DNA of 16,400 bases. It comes from an uncultured Nitrospiraceae bacterium (GTDB lineage: Bacteria; Nitrospirota; Thermodesulfovibrionia; Thermodesulfovibrionales; Dissulfurispiraceae). Below, piece after piece: positions 1-7,658 of the stretch. The stretch lies in NCBI GenBank assembly GCA_947085205.1, contig CAMTVO010000048.1, forward strand, positions 1-16,400, written 5' to 3'. Made by a program: the position numbers and the translations under genes. The notes beneath the pieces were generated by a model, which had not been told where the DNA came from, did not search any database, and saw only the letters and a program-made list of their open reading frames with translations. How positions within the stretch are numbered: position 1 is the first letter of the stretch; every line of letters starts with the position of its first letter.

Positions 1-141
1 CAAACGGGAATCCAGACTTGTCCCCGCAAAAGCGGGGAACTATACAAAGGAATTAGGTTCCCGTTTTCACGGGAAACCCTGGATTCCCACTTTCGTGGGA
101 ATGACAAACTCTTCTCTTTTTATGACTTTTGCAAGAGCCTC
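1..141. mobile_element. Palindromic REP/dRS3-like MITE, 5' part outside the window
   Basis: GGGAATCCAG (6-15) is the perfect inverse of CTGGATTCCC (79-88). Internal hairpins: TCCCCGC-AAAA-GCGGGGA (21-38), TTCCCGT-TTTC-ACGGGAA (58-75) and ATTCCCAC-TTTC-GTGGGAAT (83-102; fits ATTCCC-N8-GGGAAT). TTTTGCAAGAGCCTC (127-141) resembles an IS5/IS1106-type terminal inverted repeat. Confidence 0.7.
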
Positions 142-291
142 GCGCTAAATGTGGAGATAAAAGACCTTTTTGAATTTATACACTTGTCGAGGACTAAAGA
201 GCTGACGGATAATATAAGCAAATTACTTAAAGAGGCTGATGAGGGCAAGCTGAGGCTTATCTTCAAACTCATCAGCGCCGTTTTGCGGTAG
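1..291 (+). CDS. Partial ORF: C-terminal half of a probable XRE-family HTH regulator (142-291), preceded in frame by repeat-derived sequence; may be a pseudogene
   Basis: Frame +1 has no stop from 1 to TAG at 289-291. Bases 142-288 encode ALNVEIKDLFEFIHLSRTKELTDNISKLLKEADEGKLRLIFKLISAVLR; ALNVEIKDLFEF resembles the last helices of Cro/C1 (XRE) domains. Absent from the supplied ORF track. Confidence 0.55.
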   Translation, partial: QTGIQTCPRKSGELYKGIRFPFSRETLDSHFRGNDKLFSFYDFCKSLALNVEIKDLFEFIHLSRTKELTDNISKLLKEADEGKLRLIFKLISAVLR

Positions 292-480
292 ATATTTACT
301 GTTTTTACAAAGGCAGGCTAACTATTATTATATTGCAGGCTTCTTTACAGCACTTTGACAGGTGATGCAACGCTTTTGCTTTTTGGGCAGATTTTTGAAA
401 TCCATTTTAAAATGGCAATGGCTTTGATAAGCTAAAATCAAACCTTTATGATTTAGCTCATATATGCAACAACTCCCATC

Positions 481-489
481 TGTTAAAAT
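481..489 (+). promoter_or_regulatory. Putative extended -10 promoter (TG-T-TAAAAT) for the 496-735 ORF
   Basis: TGTTAAAAT matches TGnTAnnnT. It is separated from the ATG at 496 by 6 nt with no Shine-Dalgarno. Confidence 0.4.
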
Positions 490-495
490 AGAATT

Positions 496-735
496 ATGAA
501 AGAGAGTTGTCCAGGAAGCAGCGAGATTAGAAACCCATATCCTGAAGAGTTGATTTGTGCATATTGTCTTCATAAAAACGAAATATGGACAGACGAGCCT
601 GATACCATATGCAAAAAATGTGGAAAGACTATAACAAGGGATATGAAGCCGTCATGCCTTCAGTGGTGCCCTGCAGCAAAGGAATGTGTCGGTGTTGAGA
701 AATACGAAAGATTAATGAAAAAGCTCAAGGAATAA
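496..735 (+). CDS. Small Cys-rich, zinc-ribbon-like protein (79 aa), function unknown
   Basis: Eight Cys in the pattern CPG...CxxC...EIWTDE...CxxC...SCxxWCxxAxEC, resembling small proteins/domains of anaerobes often labelled 'phosphohydrolase' (recalled, not searched). Confidence 0.75.
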   Translation: MKESCPGSSEIRNPYPEELICAYCLHKNEIWTDEPDTICKKCGKTITRDMKPSCLQWCPAAKECVGVEKYERLMKKLKE

Positions 736-781
736 AAAATCGGAGGAGTTTTTCCTTATTGTATTTTAGGAAATATGCAGT

Positions 782-858
<77 letters not shown>

Positions 859-865
859 GATGATT

Positions 866-895
866 AGCTTACCTGAACGTTTTGAATGTTGTCAA
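866..895 (-). promoter_or_regulatory. Putative sigma70 promoter of tRNA-fMet
   Basis: On the minus strand, TTGACA (895-890) - 18 nt - TAAGCT (871-866), ending just upstream of the tRNA 5' end. Confidence 0.55.
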
Positions 896-897
896 CT

Positions 898-926
898 TTG
901 AGTTTTCCTGCCTCTTATGCTATGTT
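898..926 (+). promoter_or_regulatory. Putative sigma70 promoter of rdgB, back-to-back with the tRNA promoter
   Basis: TTGAGT (898-903) - 17 nt - TATGTT (921-926), with an extended TG at 918-919. Confidence 0.35.
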
Positions 927-936
927 AGGAGGCTTT

Positions 937-1533
937 ATGGAAATAGTTCTTGCTACAAGGAATAAGAAAAAGGTCGAGGAGATGTCGAGGATCCTCGAAG
1001 GAATTGATATCATCATCCGCACGCTAAACGACTTTCCATCCTGTCCCGAAGTGGAGGAGGATAAGGACACCTTTGAGGGGAATGCGGTAAAGAAGGCAAT
1101 ATCGATAGCGGAATGCACAAATAAAATAGCCGTTGCCGATGATTCGGGTCTTGAAGTATATGCCCTAAACGGAGCGCCGGGCGTTATGTCCGCAAGATAT
1201 TCGGGAGAAAACGCCACAGATGTTACAAATATCGAGAAACTTCTCGATGAAATGAGAGACATTCCCGATGAAAAAAGGGTTGCCCGGTTTGTATGCTGCA
1301 TTGCGCTTGCATTTCCTGCGGGTAATTTTGTAACATTTGTCGGCTTTGCAGAGGGAAAAATAGGCATTGAACCGCGTGGAAGGATGGGATTCGGCTACGA
1401 CCCTCTATTTTATCCGGCAGGATACGGAAGGACTTTTGCGGAAATGACGCCGGGAGAGAAAGACGCCCTCAGCCACAGGGGAAAAGCCATTGAAAAATTA
1501 AAGGACTATCTAATCAGAACTCTTCCACGGTGA
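937..1533 (+). CDS. rdgB: Non-canonical purine NTP pyrophosphatase (XTP/dITP diphosphatase, HAM1 family)
   Basis: Motifs LATRNKKK, ADDSGLEV-ALNGAPGV-SARY, GFGYDPLF and SHRGKA. Start moved from 886 to ATG 937, which follows AGGAGG (927-932) and matches the family N-terminus (MEIVLAT). Confidence 0.95.
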   Translation: MEIVLATRNKKKVEEMSRILEGIDIIIRTLNDFPSCPEVEEDKDTFEGNAVKKAISIAECTNKIAVADDSGLEVYALNGAPGVMSARYSGENATDVTNIEKLLDEMRDIPDEKRVARFVCCIALAFPAGNFVTFVGFAEGKIGIEPRGRMGFGYDPLFYPAGYGRTFAEMTPGEKDALSHRGKAIEKLKDYLIRTLPR

Positions 1534-1653
1534 TTTAATGACAAAGAATATAAGGAATTTTAATGTAATAATTATAATTTTAAACTTGAAATTAAATTTA
1601 CCCTTTGATTAAGTTATAATGCTTTTTAAATTTCTTCTATCGGAGGTTCTTTT

Positions 1654-2301
1654 ATGAGATTAGTTCTTCTCGGTGCGCCTGGAGCAGGAAAAGGCACTCA
1701 GGCAAAAAAGCTTGTTGAAGCATATAACATTCCACAGATTTCCACAGGTGATCTTCTCAGGGCAGCCGTAGCCGCCGGAACCTCCCTCGGCAAAGAGGCA
1801 AGATCTTATATGGATAAAGGAGAGCTTGTACCTGACAGCGTTGTCCTCGGCATGGTCGAAGAGAGACTTAAACAGGATGACTGTAAAAAAGGCTATATCC
1901 TCGACGGCTTTCCGAGGAATACGAAACAGGCTGAAGCCCTGGATAATATGCTTTCGTCTTTAGGCATGCCTTTAACCGCAGCCCTCAGCGTGGATGTGCC
2001 TTTTGAAGACTTGATGAAAAGACTTACAGGCAGAAGGACATGCAAGGCCTGCGGCCAGATGTACAATGTTTACTTTAACGCGCCAAAGAAGGAAGGCGTG
2101 TGTGACAGATGCGGAGGAGAACTCTTCCAGAGGGATGACGACAAGGAAGAGACCATAAAGAAAAGGCTTGAGGTTTATAATGCCCAGACCGCTCCTCTCA
2201 TCGACTATTATGGGAAAAAGGGAATATTGAAATCTGTTGCCGGCACAGGCAGTATAGACGATATATACAAGAAGGTCTGTGACGCCATAGGACTTAAATA
2301 G
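1654..2301 (+). CDS. adk: Adenylate kinase, long form with 4-Cys zinc LID
   Basis: P-loop GAPGAGKGTQ, ISTGDLLR, LDGFPR, LID CKAC...CDRC and QRDDD. RBS GGAGG upstream. Confidence 0.98.
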   Translation: MRLVLLGAPGAGKGTQAKKLVEAYNIPQISTGDLLRAAVAAGTSLGKEARSYMDKGELVPDSVVLGMVEERLKQDDCKKGYILDGFPRNTKQAEALDNMLSSLGMPLTAALSVDVPFEDLMKRLTGRRTCKACGQMYNVYFNAPKKEGVCDRCGGELFQRDDDKEETIKKRLEVYNAQTAPLIDYYGKKGILKSVAGTGSIDDIYKKVCDAIGLK

Positions 2302-2364
2302 AACCTTAAATAGAATATTCAAGCTCTGTCTTGAAATATACAAAAATCAAATAGGAGGCATAAT

Positions 2365-3567
2365 ATGGCTTTAGTAAATCCGCATGGAAAAGAGAAGAAG
2401 TTAAAACCGCTTCTTCTGATAGGAAAAGAACTGGAGGAGGAAAAGAAAAGAGCGGCCACGCTCAAGAAGATCAATATATCATCGCGTGAGACCGGCGACC
2501 TTATCATGATGGGCATCGGTGGATTCACTCCGCTTGATGGATTTATGACCTACGAAGACTGGAAGGATGTCTGCGCTGAATATAAGATGTCGGATGGAAC
2601 CTTCTGGCCGATACCGATAACCGTTTCTACTGACGAGAGCGTGAAGGCCGGCGACGAGATGGCTCTCTATTCCGAAGAGTTCGGCGAGATTATGGCGACC
2701 ATGAAGGTCACTGAGACATATAAGATTGACAAAGAGTACGAGTGCAAGCAGGTCTTCAGAACCGCAGATATGGAGCATCCGGGTGTTGTGATGGTCATGA
2801 AGCAGGCAGGCACCAACCTCGCCGGTCCGGTAAAGGTTCTGAGCGAAGGCACATTCCCCAAGGAGTATCCCGGTATTTATCTTACCCCGGCCCAGTCGAG
2901 ACACATCTTTACCGAGAAAGGCTGGAGCACGGTTGCTGGGTTTCAGACAAGAAATCCGATGCACCGCTCCCATGAGTATCTTTGCAAGATTGCTATCGAG
3001 ACATGCGACGGCGTATTTGTCCATATGCTCCTCGGAAAGCTGAAGCCCGGCGATATACCTTCAGATGTAAGGCAGAAGGCTATCGACGTGCTTATCGAGA
3101 AATATTTTGTTAAGGATACAATAGTAGTCGGAGGTTATCCCCTTGACATGAGATACGCAGGACCGAGGGAGGCGCTTCTCCATGCGCTCTTCAGGCAGAA
3201 CTATGGCTGCAGCCACTTGATTGTCGGAAGAGACCACGCAGGTGTTGGTGAATATTACGGTCCATTTGATGCGCAGAAGATTTTCGACGAGATACCTAAG
3301 GATGCCCTTGAGACAAAGCCGTTGAAGATAGACTGGACATTCTATTGCAGCAAGTGCGACGGTATGGCATCAATGAGGACATGCCCGCATGGAAAAGAGG
3401 ACAGGCTCATCCTGAGCGGTACAAAACTCAGAAAGATGCTCTCAGAGGGAGAAGATGTCCCCGATCACTTCAGCAGGCCTGAAGTCCTTAAGATATTGAG
3501 AGAATACTATGAAGGATTGACCGAGAAGGTGGAGATTAAGGTCCATAAATATTCTGAGGGAGCATAG
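2365..3567 (+). CDS. sat: Sulfate adenylyltransferase (ATP sulfurylase)
   Basis: [31 protein letters not shown], zinc site CSKC...CPH and LSGTKLR. RBS AGGAGG. Confidence 0.98.
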   Translation: MALVNPHGKEKKLKPLLLIGKELEEEKKRAATLKKINISSRETGDLIMMGIGGFTPLDGFMTYEDWKDVCAEYKMSDGTFWPIPITVSTDESVKAGDEMALYSEEFGEIMATMKVTETYKIDKEYECKQVFRTADMEHPGVVMVMKQAGTNLAGPVKVLSEGTFPKEYPGIYLTPAQSRHIFTEKGWSTVAGFQTRNPMHRSHEYLCKIAIETCDGVFVHMLLGKLKPGDIPSDVRQKAIDVLIEKYFVKDTIVVGGYPLDMRYAGPREALLHALFRQNYGCSHLIVGRDHAGVGEYYGPFDAQKIFDEIPKDALETKPLKIDWTFYCSKCDGMASMRTCPHGKEDRLILSGTKLRKMLSEGEDVPDHFSRPEVLKILREYYEGLTEKVEIKVHKYSEGA

Positions 3568-3573
3568 GAATAA

Positions 3574-3712
3574 CAGTGTCAGCAAATCAGTATTCAGTGT
3601 CAGTGGTTAGTGTCAGTATGGTTCGACAGGCTCACCATGACTGTCACCCTGAGCGTTCGACTGAGCTCACGCTGAAGGCTTGTCGAAGGGTGTCACTGAC
3701 ACAGACACTATA
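3574..3712. repeat. Composite repeat: (CAGTGT)n ... (ACTGAC)n inverted tandem-repeat arms enclosing a REP-like doublet
   Basis: Left arm 3574-3617, right arm 3695-3712. Inside are ATGGTTCGACAGGCTCACCATGAC (3618-3641) and GTCACCCTGAGC[24 nt]CTTGTCGAAGGGT (3643-3691). Confidence 0.75.
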
Positions 3713-3753
3713 AACTTAATGAAAAGGGGGTGAAGGAATAAGTTAGAGATTTA

Positions 3754-3772
3754 CGGCTTTAGTCTAAAGCCG
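3754..3772. promoter_or_regulatory. Perfect 19-bp inverted repeat in the aprB leader (operator or RNA hairpin)
   Basis: CGGCTTTAG-T-CTAAAGCCG, ending about 40 nt upstream of the aprB ATG. Confidence 0.4.
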
Positions 3773-3811
3773 ATTTTGTATTAAAAACAATATCACTGAA
3801 GGAGGTTACAT

Positions 3812-4231
3812 ATGCCAAGTTTCGTAATCACGGAAAAATGTGACGGTTGCAAGGCTCAGGACAAGACAGCATGTCAGTATATCTGTCCTCACGATTTGAT
3901 GGCCCTCGACAGGGAAAAGATGAAGGCGTATAATCAGGAGCCGGAGCAGTGCTGGGAGTGCTTCAACTGCGTAAAGATCTGCCCTCAGCAGGCGATAGAG
4001 ACAAGGGGTTATTCGGATTTCGTTCCCCTCGGGTCCAGTAACATCCCCATGAGAGGCACCGACTCCATCATGTGGACGATCAAGTTCAGGAACGGAATAC
4101 TCAAGAGGTTCAAGTTCCCGATCAGAACTACTGCTGAAGGTTCTGTTGAGCCGTATGCAGGCAAGCCAGCGCCTGATTTTGCAAACCTCAAAAAACCCGG
4201 CTATTTTAATGGTCCGGCAAGAGCGGAATAG
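3812..4231 (+). CDS. aprB: Adenylylsulfate (APS) reductase beta subunit
   Basis: MPSFVITEKCDGCK...ACQYICP and CWECFNCVKICP (2x[4Fe-4S]), then SIMWTIKFRNG...FKFPIRTT. RBS AAGGAGGT. Confidence 0.98.
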   Translation: MPSFVITEKCDGCKAQDKTACQYICPHDLMALDREKMKAYNQEPEQCWECFNCVKICPQQAIETRGYSDFVPLGSSNIPMRGTDSIMWTIKFRNGILKRFKFPIRTTAEGSVEPYAGKPAPDFANLKKPGYFNGPARAE

Positions 4232-4244
4232 GAGGGACATATAA

Positions 4245-6248
4245 ATGGAAAAAGAAACCTGTACGTTTTCATATTGTCAGAGACCTGAAGTAACCGAAGT
4301 TGAAACCGACCTCCTGATCATGGGCGGCGGTATGGCAGGATGCGGCGCTGCATTCGAAGCATGCCGATGGGCAAATGAAAAGGGACTGAAGGTTGTCCTG
4401 GTCGATAAGGCGGCAACGGACAGAAGCGGCGCGGTCGCAATGGGGCTGTCTGCCATTAATACTTATATCGGCGAGAATAAGGTGGCCGATTATGTCAAAT
4501 ACGTAAGAAACGACCTGATGGGCATCATCAGGGAAGATCTTGTCTTCGACCTCGGCAGGCATGTTGATAATTCCGTTCAGCTCTTTGAAGAGTGGGGACT
4601 CCCGATATGGAAGAAGGGTGATGACGGGTTCTCTCTGGACGGTTTCCAGGCAAGGGATGCCGGCAAGGCAATGCTTAAAGACGGCGGAACACCGGTAAGA
4701 TCCGGCAAATGGCAGATAATGATCAACGGTGAATCGTACAAGGTCATCGTTGCTGAGGCTGCTAAAAAAGCCCTCCAGACCAACAGGGAAAAAACCGGAA
4801 TGGCTCAGAACCATTTTGAAAGAGTATTCATCGTTAAGGCTGTAATGGATACAAATGGGAAGAACGTAGCCGCAGCCATCGGTTTCAGCACAAGAGAAAA
4901 CAAGATCTATTCCTTTAAGGCAAAGGCAATGATCTGCGCGACTGCCGGAGCGGTTAACTGCTTCAGGCCGAGGTCGGTCGGCGAAGGCATGGGAAGAACA
5001 TGGTACCCTGTGTTTAGCAGTGGTTCAGGTTATGCCTTCGGAATGCAGGCCGGCGCAGAGTTGACTCTGATGGAGAACAGGTTTGTGCCCGCAAGATTTA
5101 AAGACGGTTACGGTCCTGTCGGCGCATGGTTCCTCTTCTTTAAGGCAAAGGCTACCGACAGCTACGGTGAAGATTATTGCACAAATAAAGAATACTTCGA
5201 TGACGCAGTAGCCAGATATGGAGATTATGCAAAGGGTCTCGGTACTGCTATCAGGAACCATCTCATGATGAGGGCAATGAAGGACGGCAAAGGCCCTATC
5301 CTCATGAATACCCATACGGCGATGGAGGCTTTAGGAAAAGAGTTCACTGAGAAGCTTGGTGAAAAAGAAGGCAAAAAGAAGATGAAACACCTTGAGGCAG
5401 AGGCATGGGAAGACTTCCTTGATATGGCTATAGGACAGGCATCCATATGGGCAGCAAATAATATTGAACCTGATAAGACTCCTTCTGAAATTATGCCGAC
5501 AGAGCCGTATCTCCTCGGCTCGCATGCAGGCTGCGCAGGGTTCTGGGTAAGCGGTCCTGGCGATCTTCCAGGCACACCGGAGCACTACAGCTGGGGATAT
5601 AACAGGATGTCAACCGTGACAGGTCTCTTCATGGCCGGCGACGTTGTCGGAGCATCAGGCCACAAGTTTTCCTCAGGTTCACATGCGGAGGGCAGGCTTG
5701 CAGCTAAGGCTGCTTTGGCATATATCCTCGATCATCCGGACTACAAGCCGTCGCCAAAAATGTCTCTTGATGAGATTGCGTCTGAACTCTATCTGCCGTT
5801 TGAGATATATGAAAAACATAAAGTATACACAACAGATCCCGGGATTAACCCTAATTATATTAGTCCAAAAGCGCTTCAGCTAAGACTGATGAAGATCGCT
5901 GACGAGTATTTTGGCGGGTGTTCAACATGGTATATGACCTCAAAGACAATGCTTGAGATGGGACTTCAGAAGCTTGAGATGCTCAAAGAGGATGCTGCTA
6001 AGATGGCGGCAAAAGACCTCCATGAGCTCTTAAGGTGCTTTGAAAACTATCACAGAATTCTGTCGGTAGAGGCGCATGCAAGGCATATCCTCTTTAGGGA
6101 GGAGTCCAGATACCCAGGTTATTACTACAGGGGCGACTACAACAAGATTGATGATGAGAACTGGAAGTGCTTCACAAACTCGAAGTACAATAGCGAGACT
6201 AACACATGGGAATTCAAAAAGGTTCCCTATGTCCAGATGTATCCGTAG
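4245..6248 (+). CDS. aprA: Adenylylsulfate (APS) reductase alpha subunit (FAD)
   Basis: GGGMAGCG, RSGAVAMGLSAINTY, WQIMINGESYK, RFKDGYGPVGAW, EPYLLGSH and GASGHKFSSGSHAEGR. Confidence 0.99.
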   Translation: MEKETCTFSYCQRPEVTEVETDLLIMGGGMAGCGAAFEACRWANEKGLKVVLVDKAATDRSGAVAMGLSAINTYIGENKVADYVKYVRNDLMGIIREDLVFDLGRHVDNSVQLFEEWGLPIWKKGDDGFSLDGFQARDAGKAMLKDGGTPVRSGKWQIMINGESYKVIVAEAAKKALQTNREKTGMAQNHFERVFIVKAVMDTNGKNVAAAIGFSTRENKIYSFKAKAMICATAGAVNCFRPRSVGEGMGRTWYPVFSSGSGYAFGMQAGAELTLMENRFVPARFKDGYGPVGAWFLFFKAKATDSYGEDYCTNKEYFDDAVARYGDYAKGLGTAIRNHLMMRAMKDGKGPILMNTHTAMEALGKEFTEKLGEKEGKKKMKHLEAEAWEDFLDMAIGQASIWAANNIEPDKTPSEIMPTEPYLLGSHAGCAGFWVSGPGDLPGTPEHYSWGYNRMSTVTGLFMAGDVVGASGHKFSSGSHAEGRLAAKAALAYILDHPDYKPSPKMSLDEIASELYLPFEIYEKHKVYTTDPGINPNYISPKALQLRLMKIADEYFGGCSTWYMTSKTMLEMGLQKLEMLKEDAAKMAAKDLHELLRCFENYHRILSVEAHARHILFREESRYPGYYYRGDYNKIDDENWKCFTNSKYNSETNTWEFKKVPYVQMYP

Positions 6249-6260
6249 TTAAATGTTTTT

Positions 6261-6289
6261 GGGGAGGGCAATGCCCTCCCCTTTCTTTT
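6261..6289 (+). terminator. Rho-independent terminator after aprA
   Basis: GGGGAGGGC-AAT-GCCCTCCCC followed by TTTCTTTT. Confidence 0.8.
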
Positions 6290-6291
6290 AG

Positions 6292-6365
6292 TTGTCACCC
6301 TGAGCGAAGCGAAGTGGCTCAAGATTTGTAAATGCGAGGATTCTTCGCTTAGCTCAGAATGACAA
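6292..6365. repeat. Inverted REP doublet (REPIN-like)
   Basis: TTGTCACCCTGAGCGAAGCGAAG...GATTCTTCGCTTAGCTCAGAATGACAA has imperfectly complementary arms and shares TGTCACCCTGAGCG with the element at 3642-3655. Confidence 0.75.
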
Positions 6366-6396
6366 GCAGTGTTCTTAGGGAATAAGGAGGAAAAAC

Positions 6397-7656
6397 ATGG
6401 CAGATAACAAAAATGTTTTAGTAATAGGCGGCGGTTTCAGCGGGCTTACCGCGGCAGTGGAGACTGCAGAGGCAGGGTTTGACGTTGTCATGGTCGAGAA
6501 GACCCCTTTTTTAGGAGGCAGGGTTACACAGCTCAATAAATATTTTCCAAAGCTCTGTCCGCCGAATTGCGGGCTTGAGATAAACTTCAAGAGGATTAAG
6601 AATAACGCAGGCATTACATTCCACACACTTGCAGAGGTCGAGAAAATATCGGGGCAGGAAGGCAGTTATAATGTCACTGTTAAGGTAAATCCCCGATTTG
6701 TCAATGATAATTGCGTTGGATGTAACGCATGCGCCGAGGCTTGTCCGGTTGAAATCCCGAATGAATTTAATTTCAATATGGATAAAACAAAGGCCGCTTA
6801 TATTACACATAATCAGGCATTCCCTTTTAAGTATGTAATAGACTGCAGATACTGTAAAGGCGCATCCTGCGCGAAGTGCGTCGAGGCGTGCAAATATGAC
6901 GCTATTGACCTTAATATGAAGCCGGAAACAATCAGCCTTAACGTGAGTTCGATTGTGCTCGCAACGGGATGGGATTCATATGATGTCTCAAAACTCGATA
7001 ATCTCGGCGGCGGCAAGATTGCCAACGTCATTACAAATATGATGATGGAGAGGCTGGCGTCTCCAAACGGCCCGACATCCGGAAAGATACTCAGGCCTTC
7101 CGACGGCAAGCCTGTCCAGAGCATCGCCTTTGTCCAGTGCGCGGGGAGCAGGGATGAGAATCATCTCCCTTACTGTTCATATATCTGCTGCATGGCATCC
7201 ATGAAGCAGGCAACCTATCTCAGAGAGCAGTATCCTGATTCAACGGCAAGAATTTTCTACATTGATTTAAGGACGCCTGGCAGGTACGAACAGTTCTACT
7301 GGAAGGTTAAGGACGACCCGAAAGTATCATTCACAAAGGGCAAGGTTGCAAAGATTACAGAAGACCCTGAAACAAAAGATGTTATTGTCGAGGCCGAAGA
7401 TATTCAGTTAGGCAAAAAGATAAAGGCAAAGTTCGATATGGTAGTGCTTGCGGCGGGCATGGTGCCTTCTACAAAGGCGTCGAAAATACCGGGCGACATA
7501 ACATATACAGCGGACGGATTTGTGGCGTCTTCTTCATTAAAGAAAGGCATATATGCTGTGGGCACTCTTAAGAGCCCTGTTGATGTATCGAGGTCCGTGC
7601 AGGATGCGACAGGAGCTGCCATCAAGAGCATTCAGAGCGCAAGGAGGTCTAAATAG
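6397..7656 (+). CDS. qmoA: Quinone-interacting membrane-bound oxidoreductase subunit A (HdrA-like flavoprotein)
   Basis: GGGFSG FAD motif, KYFPKLCPPNCGLEIN, ferredoxin insert CVGCNACAEACP and QCAGSRDENHLPYCSYICC. Lies directly downstream of aprBA. Confidence 0.95.
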   Translation: MADNKNVLVIGGGFSGLTAAVETAEAGFDVVMVEKTPFLGGRVTQLNKYFPKLCPPNCGLEINFKRIKNNAGITFHTLAEVEKISGQEGSYNVTVKVNPRFVNDNCVGCNACAEACPVEIPNEFNFNMDKTKAAYITHNQAFPFKYVIDCRYCKGASCAKCVEACKYDAIDLNMKPETISLNVSSIVLATGWDSYDVSKLDNLGGGKIANVITNMMMERLASPNGPTSGKILRPSDGKPVQSIAFVQCAGSRDENHLPYCSYICCMASMKQATYLREQYPDSTARIFYIDLRTPGRYEQFYWKVKDDPKVSFTKGKVAKITEDPETKDVIVEAEDIQLGKKIKAKFDMVVLAAGMVPSTKASKIPGDITYTADGFVASSSLKKGIYAVGTLKSPVDVSRSVQDATGAAIKSIQSARRSK

Positions 7657-7658
7657 AA

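Noticed and set aside
328..573. 81-aa minus-strand ORF
   Set aside because: Overlaps the better-supported 496-735 ORF and an AT-rich intergenic region; no recognisable motif.
886..936. N-terminal extension of rdgB from ATG 886
   Set aside because: Overlaps the promoter elements; ATG 937 has an SD and matches the family N-terminus.
2293..2315. Tandem duplication CTTAAATAGAA-C-CTTAAATAGAA at the adk stop
   Set aside because: Real, but a single short duplication; no evidence for function or for an associated element.
2328..2347. Possible Rex operator upstream of sat (TCTTGAAATATACAAAA)
   Set aside because: Poor match to TTGTGAA-N4-TTCACAA and not convincingly palindromic.
3574..3712. CRISPR-like array
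   Set aside because: No constant-length repeats separated by unique spacers, and no cas genes in the window.
3719..3733. Mini-ORF ATG AAA AGG GGG TGA (MKRG) over the orphan SD motif
   Set aside because: No SD, and the equivalent motif before hppA is not in the same frame relative to an ATG.
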